Position numbers and translations under genes: made by a program. A DNA stretch of 64,000 nt from an uncultured Gammaproteobacteria bacterium (GTDB taxonomy: Bacteria; Pseudomonadota; Gammaproteobacteria; UBA9214): the NCBI GenBank assembly GCA_963827755.1, contig CAWHCQ010000017.1, positions 32,001-96,000 of the forward strand. Direction: 5' to 3'. Shown here one piece after another: positions 18,656-29,805 of this stretch; position 1 is the stretch's first letter; each line of letters begins with the position of its first letter. The notes beneath the pieces were generated by a model that made no database searches, had not been told where the DNA came from, and saw nothing but the letters and a program-made list of their open reading frames with translations.

Positions 18656-19243
18656 TTATTCCGCGATCCTGATAAGTGTACTGTCAACGCCCTGTTTATT
18701 GAGCAACAGGCGTGTCTTGTTGAGCATATCAAGCTGTTGATAGGGGCCGACGCGCACGCGGTGATAGGTGTCGGTGTTATTGATGGTGACTGTCTGGATG
18801 CTTGTCTCAAGACCCAGCAGTATCAGTTCGGCCTTGAAGCGGTCGGCCTGTTCCCGGCTGCGGAATGAACCCACCTGCAGATAGTAGGTGCCGGGTTGTT
18901 CAACCTGCTTGATGCCCGCCTCGGTCTTGCCCTGGATTTCCTGCTCCGGGATCACGACTTCCATCTCCGGTAACAGGGTATAAAAGTCAAAACGCGGTTT
19001 TGGCGGTGGCGGGATGACCGCCTGTTTTTCCTTGCGTGGCTCGAGTGCAGTCTGACGTGTTACCTCCGGTGCAGGGGTCTGCATGCCTGCCGCAACCGGG
19101 TGCTGACCGGCCGGCTGCATTTTTATATAGACCAGGAAGGCCACAAACAGTCCAGTACTCAGCCCGGCAAGGAGGGTTAACCAGGGCGAGACGGGCTTGC
19201 GCTTTTTCCTTCTCTGCGCCCGGTGTTTGTAGTCTCTTGGCAT
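18656..19243 (-). CDS. SPOR-domain cell division protein (FtsN-like)
   Basis: MPRDYK N-terminus, one TM helix, FDFYTLLPEME, YLQVGSFR..YHRVRVGP; follows argS. Confidence 0.88.
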   Translation of the reverse strand: MPRDYKHRAQRRKKRKPVSPWLTLLAGLSTGLFVAFLVYIKMQPAGQHPVAAGMQTPAPEVTRQTALEPRKEKQAVIPPPPKPRFDFYTLLPEMEVVIPEQEIQGKTEAGIKQVEQPGTYYLQVGSFRSREQADRFKAELILLGLETSIQTVTINNTDTYHRVRVGPYQQLDMLNKTRLLLNKQGVDSTLIRIAE

Positions 19244-21003
19244 TACATCGCATCCGGGGCCGACACACCCAGCAGCCCGAGGCCGTTGGCTATCACCTGG
19301 CGTGTTGCCTCGATCAGGTTAAGCCGCGCATTGCGCAGCGCGCTGTCTTCAACCAGGAAGGTGTGTGCGTTGTAGTAGGTATGGAAATCGTTGGCCAGCT
19401 CACGCAGGTAGTGGGTCAGCTGGTGCGGTTCGTGATTAACGGCGGCAGATTCCAGTACTTCCGGGTAGCGTGACAGCCTGATCATGAGTTCCTGCTCATG
19501 TTCCTCGGACAGTAAAGAAAGCCCGGCATTGCCGGCCGCCCGGTCCCGGTCGAGCTGCTTTTCCTGCAATTGCCGCATGACGCTCATGACGCGCGCGTGC
19601 GCATACTGGATGTAATAAACCGGGTTTTCGTTGGACCGGGACTTGGCGAGATCCAGGTCGAAGTCCATATGCTGTTCGCATTTGCGCATCACGTAGAAAA
19701 ATCGTGCTGCATCATTACCGACCTCGTTGCGAAGTTCACGCAGGGTGACAAATTCGCCGGAACGCGTCGACATCTGAGCCTTCTCACCATTGCGATAGAG
19801 CACGGCGAACTGTACCAGCAGTACATCGAGCCGCCCCGGATCATCCCCGAGTGCCTGCAACGCCGCCTTTACGCGCGGGATATAGCCATGGTGGTCCGCA
19901 CCCCAGACATCGATGACACGGTCGTAACCGCGTTCCAGCTTGTTGGCATGGTAGGCAATATCAGAGGCGAAGTAGGTGCTCTGGCCATTGTCGCGTACCA
20001 GCACGCGGTCTTTCTCATCACCGAAACCGGTGGAACGAAACCAGAGTGCGCCGCCTTTTTCATAGACGTGGCCACTCTGTTGCAGCCGTTCAATACTCTT
20101 TTTCACGGCCCCGGATTCCGTCAGAGAACGTTCCGGGAACCAGTCGTCGTAGACCACACCGAATTCCTTCAGGTCCTGGCGGATGTTGTGCAGGATGGCA
20201 TTGAGTCCCTCGTCAAAGACTTTCCTGTAGTCTTCTGCACCCAGCAGTGACCGGGCGCGCGCAATGACGGCGTCGATATGTGTTTCCTTGTCACCACCTG
20301 CCGGTTCGTCCGGCGGCACGCCGCTGAATACGTCATTGACCGGATGCCTGAAGCGCTCGCCGTGTTCACGGTGCAGCGTGGCGCCGATATCCCAGACATA
20401 GTCACCCTGGTAGCCATTGGCCGGGAACGGTATTTCTTCCCCGCAGAGTTCGAGGTAACGCAGGTAGACACTGGCGGCGAGGATATCCATCTGCCGGCCG
20501 GCATCGTTGACGTAGTACTCGCGGTGGACTTTATAGCCAACCGCCTCCAGCAGGTCGGCGACGGCGGCGCCATAGGCGGCCCCGCGTCCATGACCCACAT
20601 GCAGCGGCCCGGTGGGGTTGGCGGAGACAAACTCTACCTGGACGCGCTGGCCGTCACCGTAGTGGCTGAGGCCAAAGCGGTTGCCCTGCTCAAGGATATC
20701 GCCGATGACACTGTGCCAGGCATCCGCGCCCAGGTAAAAATTGATAAACCCCGGCCCCGCGATTTCCACTTTTTTAATGCGCTCGCCGGTTTCGATGAGG
20801 GCAACAATCTTCTCAGCCAGTTCACGTGGCTTGCTGCGTGCCGGCTTTGCCAGGGTCATGGCCAGGTTGCTGGCGAAATCACCGTGCGCACGGTCGCGGG
20901 TTCGCTCGACCGTGACGTTCGGCACGATCTCCGCCGGCAGGTCGCCGCTGGCCTGCAGCCTGGCAACGGCGTCGGCGAGTACTTGTGTGAGGTGCTGTTT
21001 CAA
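19243..21003 (-). CDS. argS: Arginine--tRNA ligase
   Basis: [50 protein letters not shown]. Confidence 0.97.
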   Translation of the reverse strand: MKQHLTQVLADAVARLQASGDLPAEIVPNVTVERTRDRAHGDFASNLAMTLAKPARSKPRELAEKIVALIETGERIKKVEIAGPGFINFYLGADAWHSVIGDILEQGNRFGLSHYGDGQRVQVEFVSANPTGPLHVGHGRGAAYGAAVADLLEAVGYKVHREYYVNDAGRQMDILAASVYLRYLELCGEEIPFPANGYQGDYVWDIGATLHREHGERFRHPVNDVFSGVPPDEPAGGDKETHIDAVIARARSLLGAEDYRKVFDEGLNAILHNIRQDLKEFGVVYDDWFPERSLTESGAVKKSIERLQQSGHVYEKGGALWFRSTGFGDEKDRVLVRDNGQSTYFASDIAYHANKLERGYDRVIDVWGADHHGYIPRVKAALQALGDDPGRLDVLLVQFAVLYRNGEKAQMSTRSGEFVTLRELRNEVGNDAARFFYVMRKCEQHMDFDLDLAKSRSNENPVYYIQYAHARVMSVMRQLQEKQLDRDRAAGNAGLSLLSEEHEQELMIRLSRYPEVLESAAVNHEPHQLTHYLRELANDFHTYYNAHTFLVEDSALRNARLNLIEATRQVIANGLGLLGVSAPDAM

Positions 21004-21140
21004 TTAGTTTGTCTGATCGGTTGCGGGAAGGTTATCTGTATGCATGTTTGTCTGCTTTCTGAGGGCTGCCTATTATCCCGCCCAACGCTCCAGTTGCAAC
21101 CGACAGTGCCGGATCCAGGAGGGTTCGATAAAATGCCTTT

Positions 21141-21171
21141 CCCGGATTGCGCTGCCCTCCACCCGGGCTAC
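21141..21171 (-). repeat. Solitary REP of a third GTAG family
   Basis: Reverse complement GTAGCCCGGGTGGAGGGCAGCGCAATCCGGG: GTAG plus CCCGG...CCGGG hairpin. Confidence 0.7.
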
Positions 21172-21176
21172 ACAAT

Positions 21177-21218
21177 TCACTTCTCACTTCTCACTTCTCA
21201 CTTCTCACTTCTCACTTC
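21177..21218 (+). repeat. Heptamer tandem repeat (TCACTTC)x6
   Basis: Six perfect units read directly. Confidence 0.95.
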
Positions 21219-21256
21219 TGATACACTTCTGAACGGATCTCATCCGCGATAAACTC

Positions 21257-23470
21257 CTAATAGGTATCCGCCGGATCAACGTCCACGGACCAGCGCACCC
21301 GGCGGGCCAGTTTGTCCTGTTCCAGCTGGCGCACCAGCCGGCTGAGCAGCAACTGCAGATTACCGCGGCTGTCGGACTGCAGCATCAACTGGGCGCGGAA
21401 ACGCCCGGCGCGGCGTTCCATGGCGGCCGCGACCGGTCCCCATACCTCGATTCGGCCGATGCCGGCTTCCTCGACCTGCGCGCGGACCGATTCGAGGAAA
21501 CGCAGCGGCAGAGCCTCAGCGGTGGCCTCGGCGCGCAGCAGTGCGAGGCTGGTTACAGGGGGCAATCGCGCGGCATGTCGCTCGAGAAGTGCGGCCCGGG
21601 CAAAGGCCGGGTAGCCCTGCCTGACCAGTAATTGCAGCAGCGGGTGATCCGGGTGCCGGGTCTGGATGACGACGTGCCCCGGGCGGTCATGGCGGCCTGC
21701 GCGCCCGGCGACCTGGACGATCAGCTGCGCCATGCGTTCGCTGGCGCGGAAATCGGTGCTGAACAGACCATGATCGGCATCGAGGATGCCAACCAGGGTG
21801 ACATTGGGGAAATGATGGCCCTTGGCAAGCATTTGTGTGCCAAGCAACAGCCGTCCATGGCCACTGCGCGCCTGCTCCAGCAGTTTGTCGAGTTCGCCCT
21901 TGCGGCGGGTGGTGTCGCGGTCGATGCGCAGCAGTTCCACGCCCGGAAAATGTTCGCCCAGTGCCTGCTCGACGCGCTCGGTGCCCTGACCCTGCGGGTG
22001 CAGGTCGCGGCCCTTGCATTCCGGGCAGTGGCTGTCGAGCGGGCGCTGGCTGCCGCAATGGTGACAATGCAGCCGGTTGTCGCGCCGGTGCCAGGTGAGA
22101 TGTGCGTCGCAGCGCCGGCAGTCTGCAATCCAGCCACAGCCGTAACACATGAAGGTGGGCGCATAGCCGCGCCGGTTCAGAAACAGCAGTACCTGTCCCC
22201 CTGCATCCAGGTGGACCCGGATCCGCGCAAGCAGGTCAGCGGAGAGGCCATCTTCCAGTGCCTGTTCACGGACATCGACTATGGCGTACTCCGGCATGCA
22301 CGCGACCCCGGTGCGCTCCGGCAGTGGCAGACGCCGATAGCGCTGTTGTTCAACGTTATACAGGCTCTCCAGCGAGGGGGTGGCCGTGCCGAGCAGGACG
22401 GGGATATTCAGGCGGCGTGCCCGCCACACGGCCAGGTCGCGTGCCGAGTAGCGGAAGCCTTCCTGCTGCTTCAATGACGGGTCGTGCTCTTCATCAACAA
22501 TCAGCAGCCCGGGCCGCGCCAGCGGCGTGAAGATCGCCGAACGGGTGCCGATGACGATAGGTGCGAGGCCGCTGCGTGCGCGCTGCCAGGCATCGAGGCG
22601 TTCGCGCTTGCCGAGCCCGGAGTGCAGCACGGCAAGGGGTACCGCGAAACGTGACTGGAAACGTTTCACCAGTTGCGGGGTCAGGCCGATTTCAGGCACC
22701 AGCAGCAGTGCCTGCCGGCCGCGCGCGAGTACCTGCTCGATGAGCTGTATATAGACCTCGGTCTTGCCGCTGCCGGTGACGCCTTCCAGCAGAAAACCCT
22801 GAAAATGGTCCAGGTGTTCCAGCACCTCGTCAACGGCATGCTGTTGCGCCGGGTTCAGTGAGTGGCCGGGCGAGCAAGGTGCTGCCGTGGCAGTGGACTG
22901 AGTCGGTTCAGCTGGCGCCTGTTGAAAGCTTTCAATCCAGCCCTTGTCGGCCAGGGCGTGCAATACACTGGCCGGGGCATCCAGTGCCGCGCGCTCCATT
23001 CCCTGCGGGTGCCGGTGGAGTTCGGCCAGTACACTGGCCTGGCGCCGCGCGCGCTTCAGGTCGTCGGGGTCGATTCGCCGGCCGGCCTCCGTCAATCGCC
23101 AGACGGTGCTGGCGACAGCAATCGGCGCCTGCCCCTCGCGCAATAATACCGGCAACGCTGCCGCCAGCGCCTCGCCGATCGGGTACTGGTAATAGGCGCT
23201 GGCCCATTGAACCATTTCAAGAATCTCGCCACTGATGACCGGTTCCGAATCAAGAACCTCAAGTGCGGCCTTGAGTTTTTTCGGGTCGACATCGCTGTCT
23301 GCGGGCAGATCGATAAGCACGCCAATGGTCGAGCGGCGACCAAACGGAACGCGCAGGCGCATGCCGGGTTGCAGGCTGGCAAGCGCCGTGTCGGCGGGCG
23401 GCAGGTAGTCAAATTCGCGATATAAGGGTGAAGCAACGGCGACACGCAGCACGCGTTTATCGGTTGCCAT
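21257..23470 (-). CDS. priA: Primosomal protein N' (replication restart helicase)
   Basis: GVTGSGKTEVY, DEEHD, CxxC zinc motifs, QVAGRAGR, WSVDVDP; start taken at MATDKR. Confidence 0.96.
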   Translation of the reverse strand: MATDKRVLRVAVASPLYREFDYLPPADTALASLQPGMRLRVPFGRRSTIGVLIDLPADSDVDPKKLKAALEVLDSEPVISGEILEMVQWASAYYQYPIGEALAAALPVLLREGQAPIAVASTVWRLTEAGRRIDPDDLKRARRQASVLAELHRHPQGMERAALDAPASVLHALADKGWIESFQQAPAEPTQSTATAAPCSPGHSLNPAQQHAVDEVLEHLDHFQGFLLEGVTGSGKTEVYIQLIEQVLARGRQALLLVPEIGLTPQLVKRFQSRFAVPLAVLHSGLGKRERLDAWQRARSGLAPIVIGTRSAIFTPLARPGLLIVDEEHDPSLKQQEGFRYSARDLAVWRARRLNIPVLLGTATPSLESLYNVEQQRYRRLPLPERTGVACMPEYAIVDVREQALEDGLSADLLARIRVHLDAGGQVLLFLNRRGYAPTFMCYGCGWIADCRRCDAHLTWHRRDNRLHCHHCGSQRPLDSHCPECKGRDLHPQGQGTERVEQALGEHFPGVELLRIDRDTTRRKGELDKLLEQARSGHGRLLLGTQMLAKGHHFPNVTLVGILDADHGLFSTDFRASERMAQLIVQVAGRAGRHDRPGHVVIQTRHPDHPLLQLLVRQGYPAFARAALLERHAARLPPVTSLALLRAEATAEALPLRFLESVRAQVEEAGIGRIEVWGPVAAAMERRAGRFRAQLMLQSDSRGNLQLLLSRLVRQLEQDKLARRVRWSVDVDPADTY

Positions 23471-23575
23471 CGAGACGTTCCGTATTGCCCCGAAAAGGGT
23501 TGAATTTAGGGTGCATGGCTGAGAGTCTTTGTTACCAAGTGAAGCTAACTCCTTCATCTGACTGGGGCCGCTTTT

Positions 23576-23610
23576 TTATCCACAAACTCTGTGGATAACT
23601 CTGTGGATGA
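23576..23610. promoter_or_regulatory. Three-DnaA-box cluster (DARS-like)
   Basis: TTATCCACA 23576-84, TGTGGATAA 23590-98, TGTGGATGA 23602-10, followed by an AT-rich tract. Confidence 0.75.
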
Positions 23611-24141
23611 ATGCCGTTATCGTGTTTTTTATGCCTATTTTTCCAGCATGAGCGTTAAATTGAACACATTTTATCCCTTGGAAAAATTCCATTTAAAAAC
23701 AATAACTAACAGTTAATTATAAGTTTCTTATATACTATTGTTGGCCGGTTTGTTGCGCGAAAACATCGCATCCCCTTGACTGTGAATAAGCGTGTCTGCC
23801 TGGAGCCGGTCAAGCTTGCCTCTGCAACCCCTGTTTTTACTGGTTAAAGTTATTAAACGCCGCATTTTTGCCCTGTTTTGGACCACGGATTTCAGGCTCA
23901 TGCATGATAGCACCGCAGGCTCGCAAACCGTGTCAAGCATTCGCCGCCAGGCGCTTGGACCGGCGTTCAGGGCGTGGTCCGAAAGGCTGCCAAATAACGG
24001 ATCAATAAACTGGAGATGAAATCATGATCAGTCGTGGGAGCGCAGCAGGTTTTTCGACGAGGTGAGAGCCAGTGAGTGACCCTGTGATCATGCCCCGGGC
24101 CAGCGCCTTTTCAAGCGTTCGGACGCTGCCCCGCCCGCGGT

Positions 24142-25522
24142 TTAAAGCGCCTTGATGGCGTGGATCAGTTCACCTGCCATCGCCTGGCCGTCGCCGTAGA
24201 GCATGCGGGTGTTATCGGCGAAGAACAGGGCGTTTTCGACGCCCGAGAAGCCCTTGCCCTGGCCGCGCTTGATGACGATGACATTGTCCGCGTAGTCGGC
24301 ATTGAGGATCGGCATGCCGTAGATCGGGCTCTCGGGGTTGCTGCGGGCCGAGGGATTGACCACGTCGTTGGCGCCGATCACCAGTGCCACATCGGCCTGG
24401 GCAAATTCGGCATTGATCTCGTCGAGGTCGTAGAGACGGTCATACGGCACGTCCGCTTCCGCCAGCAGCACGTTCATGTGCCCCGGCATGCGCCCGGCCA
24501 CCGGGTGGATGGCAAATTTCACATCGACGCCGCGCGAGAGCAACTGTTCCATGAGTTCCTTGATCTTGTGCTGCGCCTGGGCGACGGCCATGCCGTAGCC
24601 GGGAATGATGATGACCTTCTTGGCGTAGGCCATCATGATGCCGGCATCCGCGGCTTCAATCGGCTTCATGCTGCCTTCCACCGCTTCTTCCCGCACCATC
24701 GCCGCCGGCGCCGAAGGAGCTGAACAATACGTTGCCGATCGAGCGGTTCATGGCGCGGGCCATCAACTGGGTCAGCAGGGTGCCGGCGGAACCCACCACC
24801 GTGCCGGCAATGATCATGGCGGCATTGCCGAGCACGAAGCCCTCGAAGGCCACGGCCAGCCCGGTCAGGGCGTTGAACAGGGAGATGACCACCGGCATGT
24901 CGGCGCCGCCGATCGGCAGGGCCATGAAGATGCCGTAGGCCAGGGCCAGCACGAAAAAGGCAAGGATGACCGTGCCGGAAAAATCAGCGCCGAAGAGCAG
25001 TATCCCGCCAAGGGCGACGGCGCCGACAAATACGCCGATGTTGAAGATTTGCTGGCCCGGAAAGCGTACTGGTCGGTTCATCCAGCCCTGCAGCTTGGCA
25101 AAGGCAATCAGCGATCCCGAGAAGGAGATCGAGCCGATCAGGCCGCCGAGTATTGCCAGGGTCAGGAAGGTGGTGGAGTGAAACTCGCCGCCCAGCAGTT
25201 CCATTGCGGCAATGGTGCCGGCGGCGCCACCACCCATGCCGTTATAGAGTGCAATCATTTGCGGCATGTCGGTCATGGCGACCTTCTTGCCGGACCAGAA
25301 GGCCAGTCCGCCGCCGATGGCGATGGCGACGGTCATCAGCAGGTAGTTCTCCATGCCCGGGTAGAAGAAGGTGATCAGCGTGGCGACCAGCATGCCGACA
25401 CCGGCCCAGACGATGCCGCCGCGCGCCGTGACCGGCGAACTCATGCGCCGCAGGCCGACGATAAACAGGATGGCCGCGATGAAGTAACTGATTTCGATAA
25501 TGTTATCGATAATGTTCTCCAT
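24142..25522 (-). CDS. pntB: NAD(P)+ transhydrogenase beta subunit (frameshift near 24700)
   Basis: MTDMPQMIALYNGMGGG, PIGGADMPVVIS; then PGYGMAVAQAQH, HPVAGRMPGHMNVLLAEA, GANDVVNP in the second ORF. Confidence 0.93.
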
Positions 25523-25812
25523 CAGTTTTTCCCCTTGCTGCTCTTGAACATCTCGAGCATGCGCTCCGTGACCACGTAGCCACCCACGGCGTTGCCGGCG
25601 GCGAGCATGACCCCGACGAAACCGATGACCAGTTCAAGCGTGCCGTGGGCATGCCCCATCGCGACCATGGAACCGACCAGCACGATGCCGTGGATGAAGT
25701 TCGAACCGGACATCAGCGGGGTATGCAGGATGACCGGTACGCGGCCAATCACCTCGTAGCCGGTGAAAGCGGCCAGCATGAAGATATAAAGTGCGGTGAT
25801 GCCTTCGATCAT
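25522..25812 (-). CDS. pntAB: NAD(P)+ transhydrogenase alpha subunit part 2
   Basis: VPVILHTPLMSGSNFIHG, GGYVVTERMLEMF. Confidence 0.93.
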   Translation of the reverse strand: MIEGITALYIFMLAAFTGYEVIGRVPVILHTPLMSGSNFIHGIVLVGSMVAMGHAHGTLELVIGFVGVMLAAGNAVGGYVVTERMLEMFKSSKGKN

Positions 25813-26940
25813 GAGGCCTCCTCCAGCCGTTTCCGGGTCTGTTCATGGCGGATTTCGCCGCCGTGGGTGACAACACTGGCCGAGAAGATCTCGTCATCCC
25901 AGTCCGGTTCGAGCCTTGCCTTCCTTGATCAGCAGATCCAGGAAGTTGGACAGGTTTTTTGCATACATTTCACTGGCATGCACCGCCAGCAGGGCCGGTA
26001 CATTCAGCGGGCCGTCGATGATTACACGGTTATGGGTAATGCATTCACCGGGTTTTGTCAGTTCGCAATTGCCGCCACTTTCCGCGGCCAGGTCAATAAT
26101 GACGGCACCCGCCTTCATGGCATCGACCATGGCCGCGTCGATGATGCGCGGCGCCGGCCTGCCCGGCACGGCAGCCGTGGAAATGACGACATCGGCCGCG
26201 GCAACATGTTTGGCGAGTACGGCGACCTGCTGCTGTTTTTCCTCGTCCGTGAGTTCGCGGGCATAGCCGCCGCTGCCCTCGGCCTTGACATCGATCTCGA
26301 CGAACTTTGCGCCTAATGACTCCACCTGTTCACGGGTTTCGGGGCGGACATCGTAGGCCTCGACAATGGCGCCGAGGCGTCTTGCCGTGGCGATCGCCTG
26401 CAGGCCGGCAACGCCGACACCGATTATCAGTACCTTCGACGGGCGGATGGTGCCTGCGGCGGTGGTCAACATGGGGAAGAAACGCGCACTGCGGCTGGCG
26501 GCCATCAGAGCCGCCTTGTAACCGGCAATCGACGCCTGCGACGACAGCGCATCCATGTTTTGTGCGCGGGAGATGCGCGGAATCAGCTCCATGGCGAAAC
26601 TGGTGATGTTGCGCTCGCGCAGCAGGGCGATGCGCTCCGTTGATTCGTGTGGCAGCAGGAAGCCGAGGACGATGCTGCCTTCGCGCAGCAGGGCGATATC
26701 CTCGTTTGCCAGCGGCTGGACACTGAGGACAATGTCGGCCTTGCCTAACAGCTCAGCCCGGTCTGCAATGATTTTGGCCGAGGCATAGTCTGTGTCCTGA
26801 AAGAAGGCACCCTCACCGGCGCCGGCCTCCAGCAGGACCTCGATACCGGGTGCAGCGAGTCGCTCGACGATCTGGGGGACCAGCGCAACCCGGTGTTCAC
26901 CGGGTCGGGTTTCTCTGGGCACGGCAACGCATATCGGCAT
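25809..26940 (-). CDS. pntAA: NAD(P)+ transhydrogenase alpha subunit part 1 (frameshift near 25910)
   Basis: PRISRAQNMDALSSQ, GVGVAGLQAIATA, DLAAESGGNC; tail DWDDEIF...THGGEIRH in another frame ending at 25809. Confidence 0.93.
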
Positions 26941-27329
26941 AAGGACCTCCGGATGCGACTTGTCGTGCTGTTAGCCCGGGGCAAGTAACATGAATAAGTT
27001 GATTTTTAACAGGTAAACGGGGTGTTGGCGCGCGTGCTTACCCGTCCAGCAAGGCGCGATGTTAGCAGGCATTAATAGAGGAATACAATACATCTGAAGA
27101 TTAATTCAAACGGCTTGTGCGCATGCCGGCAGTGCCCGATACCGATGGTTGGTATCGATCGGGGAATCATGCTGTATTGGCGTGGTTGAGCGCTGGCAGA
27201 GGCGGGCAGCGGCCCCTTCTGGTGTGTGTTTTCCGGGCGTGATAATCTATGAAGCATTGCAGTAGTGCTGTTGTAGTGTTGCATTTAGCGGGTTACCGGT
27301 CATTCCAGTGAGCCGGCGAACCCACGAGA

Positions 27330-27956
27330 GTGGCAATGATGGATTTGAATCACCAGGTATTGAGAACGGACATTTCAGGGATGCCGCTCGAATGGGTGGG
27401 CTACCAGGATGCAGTGCGTCTCTATCACCTCGAGCAGGTGGCCTATAGCTGCGGCAGCCTGCTTTACCGGGTGCACGGAGGTATCTGCGCCCTGACGGGC
27501 CGGCAGAGCATCATCGAAGTCAATTCCATTATCGCTACCCACGGGCACAATCATGCGCTGACCAAACTGGGTGAGCGTTACGTTCCCCCCCTTAACAACC
27601 CGGCACTGTTCAGGCGCGATTCGCGTGTCTGTCTTTACTGCGGTGTTGCTTTTCCCACGCGCGACTTGTCGCGTGACCATGTCACGCCGATTTCCCGGGG
27701 CGGGCTGGATGTCTGGGGCAATGTGGTGACAGCCTGCCGGCGTTGTAACAATCACAAGGCCGGGCACACCCCGGAGCAAGCCGGGATGCAACTGCTGGCT
27801 GTGCCGTTCGTGCCGACCCATGCCGAGTACATTTATCTGCAGGGCCGCCGTGTGCTGGCAGACCAGATGGAATTCCTGCGCGCACATTTCCCGCGCAGCA
27901 GCCCGCTGCGCCGGCGTCTCGCGCGCACTGCCGGAAAGAGTGCACCCGGTCAGTAA
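27330..27956 (+). CDS. HNH endonuclease (McrA-like zinc-finger HNH)
   Basis: LFRRD..CLYCG..LSRDHVTP.SRGG...W.NVVTACRRCNNHK. Confidence 0.9.
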   Translation: MAMMDLNHQVLRTDISGMPLEWVGYQDAVRLYHLEQVAYSCGSLLYRVHGGICALTGRQSIIEVNSIIATHGHNHALTKLGERYVPPLNNPALFRRDSRVCLYCGVAFPTRDLSRDHVTPISRGGLDVWGNVVTACRRCNNHKAGHTPEQAGMQLLAVPFVPTHAEYIYLQGRRVLADQMEFLRAHFPRSSPLRRRLARTAGKSAPGQ

Positions 27957-27961
27957 ATCAA

Positions 27962-28858
27962 GTGGCCGACAACAAGCGCTGCGTCTATTTGATCGACGCC
28001 AGTATCTATATATTCCGCGCGTACTATTCGGTTCCGGATACCCTCACCAATAATGACGGACAGCTGATCAATGCGCTGCACGGTTTTGCCGGGTTTCTTG
28101 CCGAGTTCCTGGAAAAGGCAAGGCCGGAGCATGTTGCGGTGGCCTTTGACGAGAGCCTGACGACATCTTTCCGCAATGAAATCTATTCAGGCTACAAGGC
28201 CAACCGGGAGTCACCGCCCGAAGAACTCAGCCTGCAGTTCGGCTTTTGCCGCTCGCTGGTACAGACGCTGGGGCTGGCGGATTATTCCAGTGAGCACTAC
28301 GAGGCCGATGACCTGATCGGAACGCTGGCACAGCGCCTGCGTGAACAGGGATTCTCGGTCGTGATACTGAGCGCCGACAAGGACCTGGCGCAGTTGCTTG
28401 AAGAAGGCGATATATTATGGGACTTTGCGCGCAACCGTAAACACGGCTATGCAGGCGTGCACGACTGGCTCGGCGTGCATGCCGGCCAGGTAGCCGACTG
28501 GCTGGCGCTGGCGGGTGACAGCGTCGACAACATACCGGGTGTCCCCGGCATCGGCGCAAAGACGGCAGCAGCACTGCTGGCGCAGTTCAGTTCGCTGCAG
28601 GAGATATACGAGCGCATCGACGCGGTTGCCGATCTCGAAATACGCGGCGCCGCGCGGGTGCAGCGCCTGCTGCTGGAGCATAAAGAGGCCGCCCTGCTGG
28701 CGCGCCGCCTGACCGGCATCGTGACGGATGCTGATATACAGGGCGATGCGCAGCATGTGTTGCGCCGCAGCGTCCGTGCCGATGAGCTTGCAAGCGTCTG
28801 CGACCGGCTGGGACTCGGCCGAATGACGCAAGCGCGCCTGTTGCGGTTGTCGGGCTAG
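27962..28858 (+). CDS. Stand-alone 5'-3' exonuclease / flap endonuclease (Xni-like, H3TH)
   Basis: LIDASIYIFRAY, YKANR, EADDLIGT, SADKDL, GDSVDNIPGVPGIGAKTA. Confidence 0.9.
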   Translation: MADNKRCVYLIDASIYIFRAYYSVPDTLTNNDGQLINALHGFAGFLAEFLEKARPEHVAVAFDESLTTSFRNEIYSGYKANRESPPEELSLQFGFCRSLVQTLGLADYSSEHYEADDLIGTLAQRLREQGFSVVILSADKDLAQLLEEGDILWDFARNRKHGYAGVHDWLGVHAGQVADWLALAGDSVDNIPGVPGIGAKTAAALLAQFSSLQEIYERIDAVADLEIRGAARVQRLLLEHKEAALLARRLTGIVTDADIQGDAQHVLRRSVRADELASVCDRLGLGRMTQARLLRLSG

Positions 28859-28867
28859 GGCGATGTC

Positions 28868-29804
28868 GTGTCCTTTGTGGAAAATCAGAATATGACAATC
28901 TGGAAAACCATCCAGGCCGATATAGAAAACACGACCGGCGCAAGGGCCTCGCTGGATCAGCAGGGTTCGGTCGGTGGCGGCTGCATCAACCGGGCCGTGC
29001 GGGTGCGCTACGGCGATACGGGCTATTTCGTCAAGCTCAACAGCGCGAGCAGGCTGGAGATGTTCGCGGCCGAGGCCGAGGGTCTGCTGGAACTGGCGCG
29101 CAGCAAAACCCTGCGGGTGCCCGTGCCAGTCTGCCGGGGTGATGACGGCGATACGGCCTACCTGGTGATGGAAGACCTGCAACTGGGCGGGCAGGGTGAT
29201 CCTGCAGCACTGGCCGACGGACTGGCGAACCTGCACCGGGTGACGCGTGACCGCTTTGGCTGGTCCAGGAACAACACCATTGGTGCGACACTGCAGGTCA
29301 ATACCGAGACGGATGACTGGGTTGATTTCTGGCGGCAGCAGCGCCTGCAGTTTCAGCTCGAACTGGCGGCCGGCCACGGGCATGGCGGTCGCCTGCAGTC
29401 ACAGGGGGAGCGCCTGCTGGATGTCTTGCCGCAGTTGTTTTCAGCTTATTCCCCGCAGGCCTCGCTGTTGCACGGTGACCTGTGGGGCGGGAACTATGCC
29501 TATAGCCGGGACGGCGAGCCGGTGATCTTTGATCCCGCCGTGTACTACGGCGACCGCGAGGCGGACCTCGCCATGACGGAACTGTTCGGCGGGTTCAGTG
29601 GTGAATTCTATTCGGCCTATCGAAGACCAGCTGCCGCTGGATGACGGCTACCCGGTGCGCAAGACGCTCTATAATCTGTACCACGTATTGAATCACCTGA
29701 ATATGTTCGGCGGTGGTTACCTTTCACAGGCGCAGGGTATGCTTGATTCATTGCTGAGTGAGCTGAACTGGATAACTTCTGATGGCACCGGTCAGGACTG
29801 CTAG
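28868..29804 (+). CDS. Fructosamine/ketosamine-3-kinase family protein (frameshift near 29620)
   Basis: VGGGCIN, FVKLN, LLHGDLWGGN, FDPAVYYGDREADLAMTELFGGF; tail RKTLYNLYHVLNHLNMFGGGY in the next frame. Confidence 0.9.
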
Positions 29805-29805
29805 A

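Noticed and set aside
23576-23740. Chromosomal origin oriC
   Set aside because: Only three boxes and none of the usual dnaA, gidA or rpmH neighbours; kept as DARS-like.
27330-27956. HNH gene as an IscB/Cas9-like or homing element
   Set aside because: Only 208 aa, no RuvC motifs, no flanking repeats or recognisable ncRNA, and embedded in an operon.
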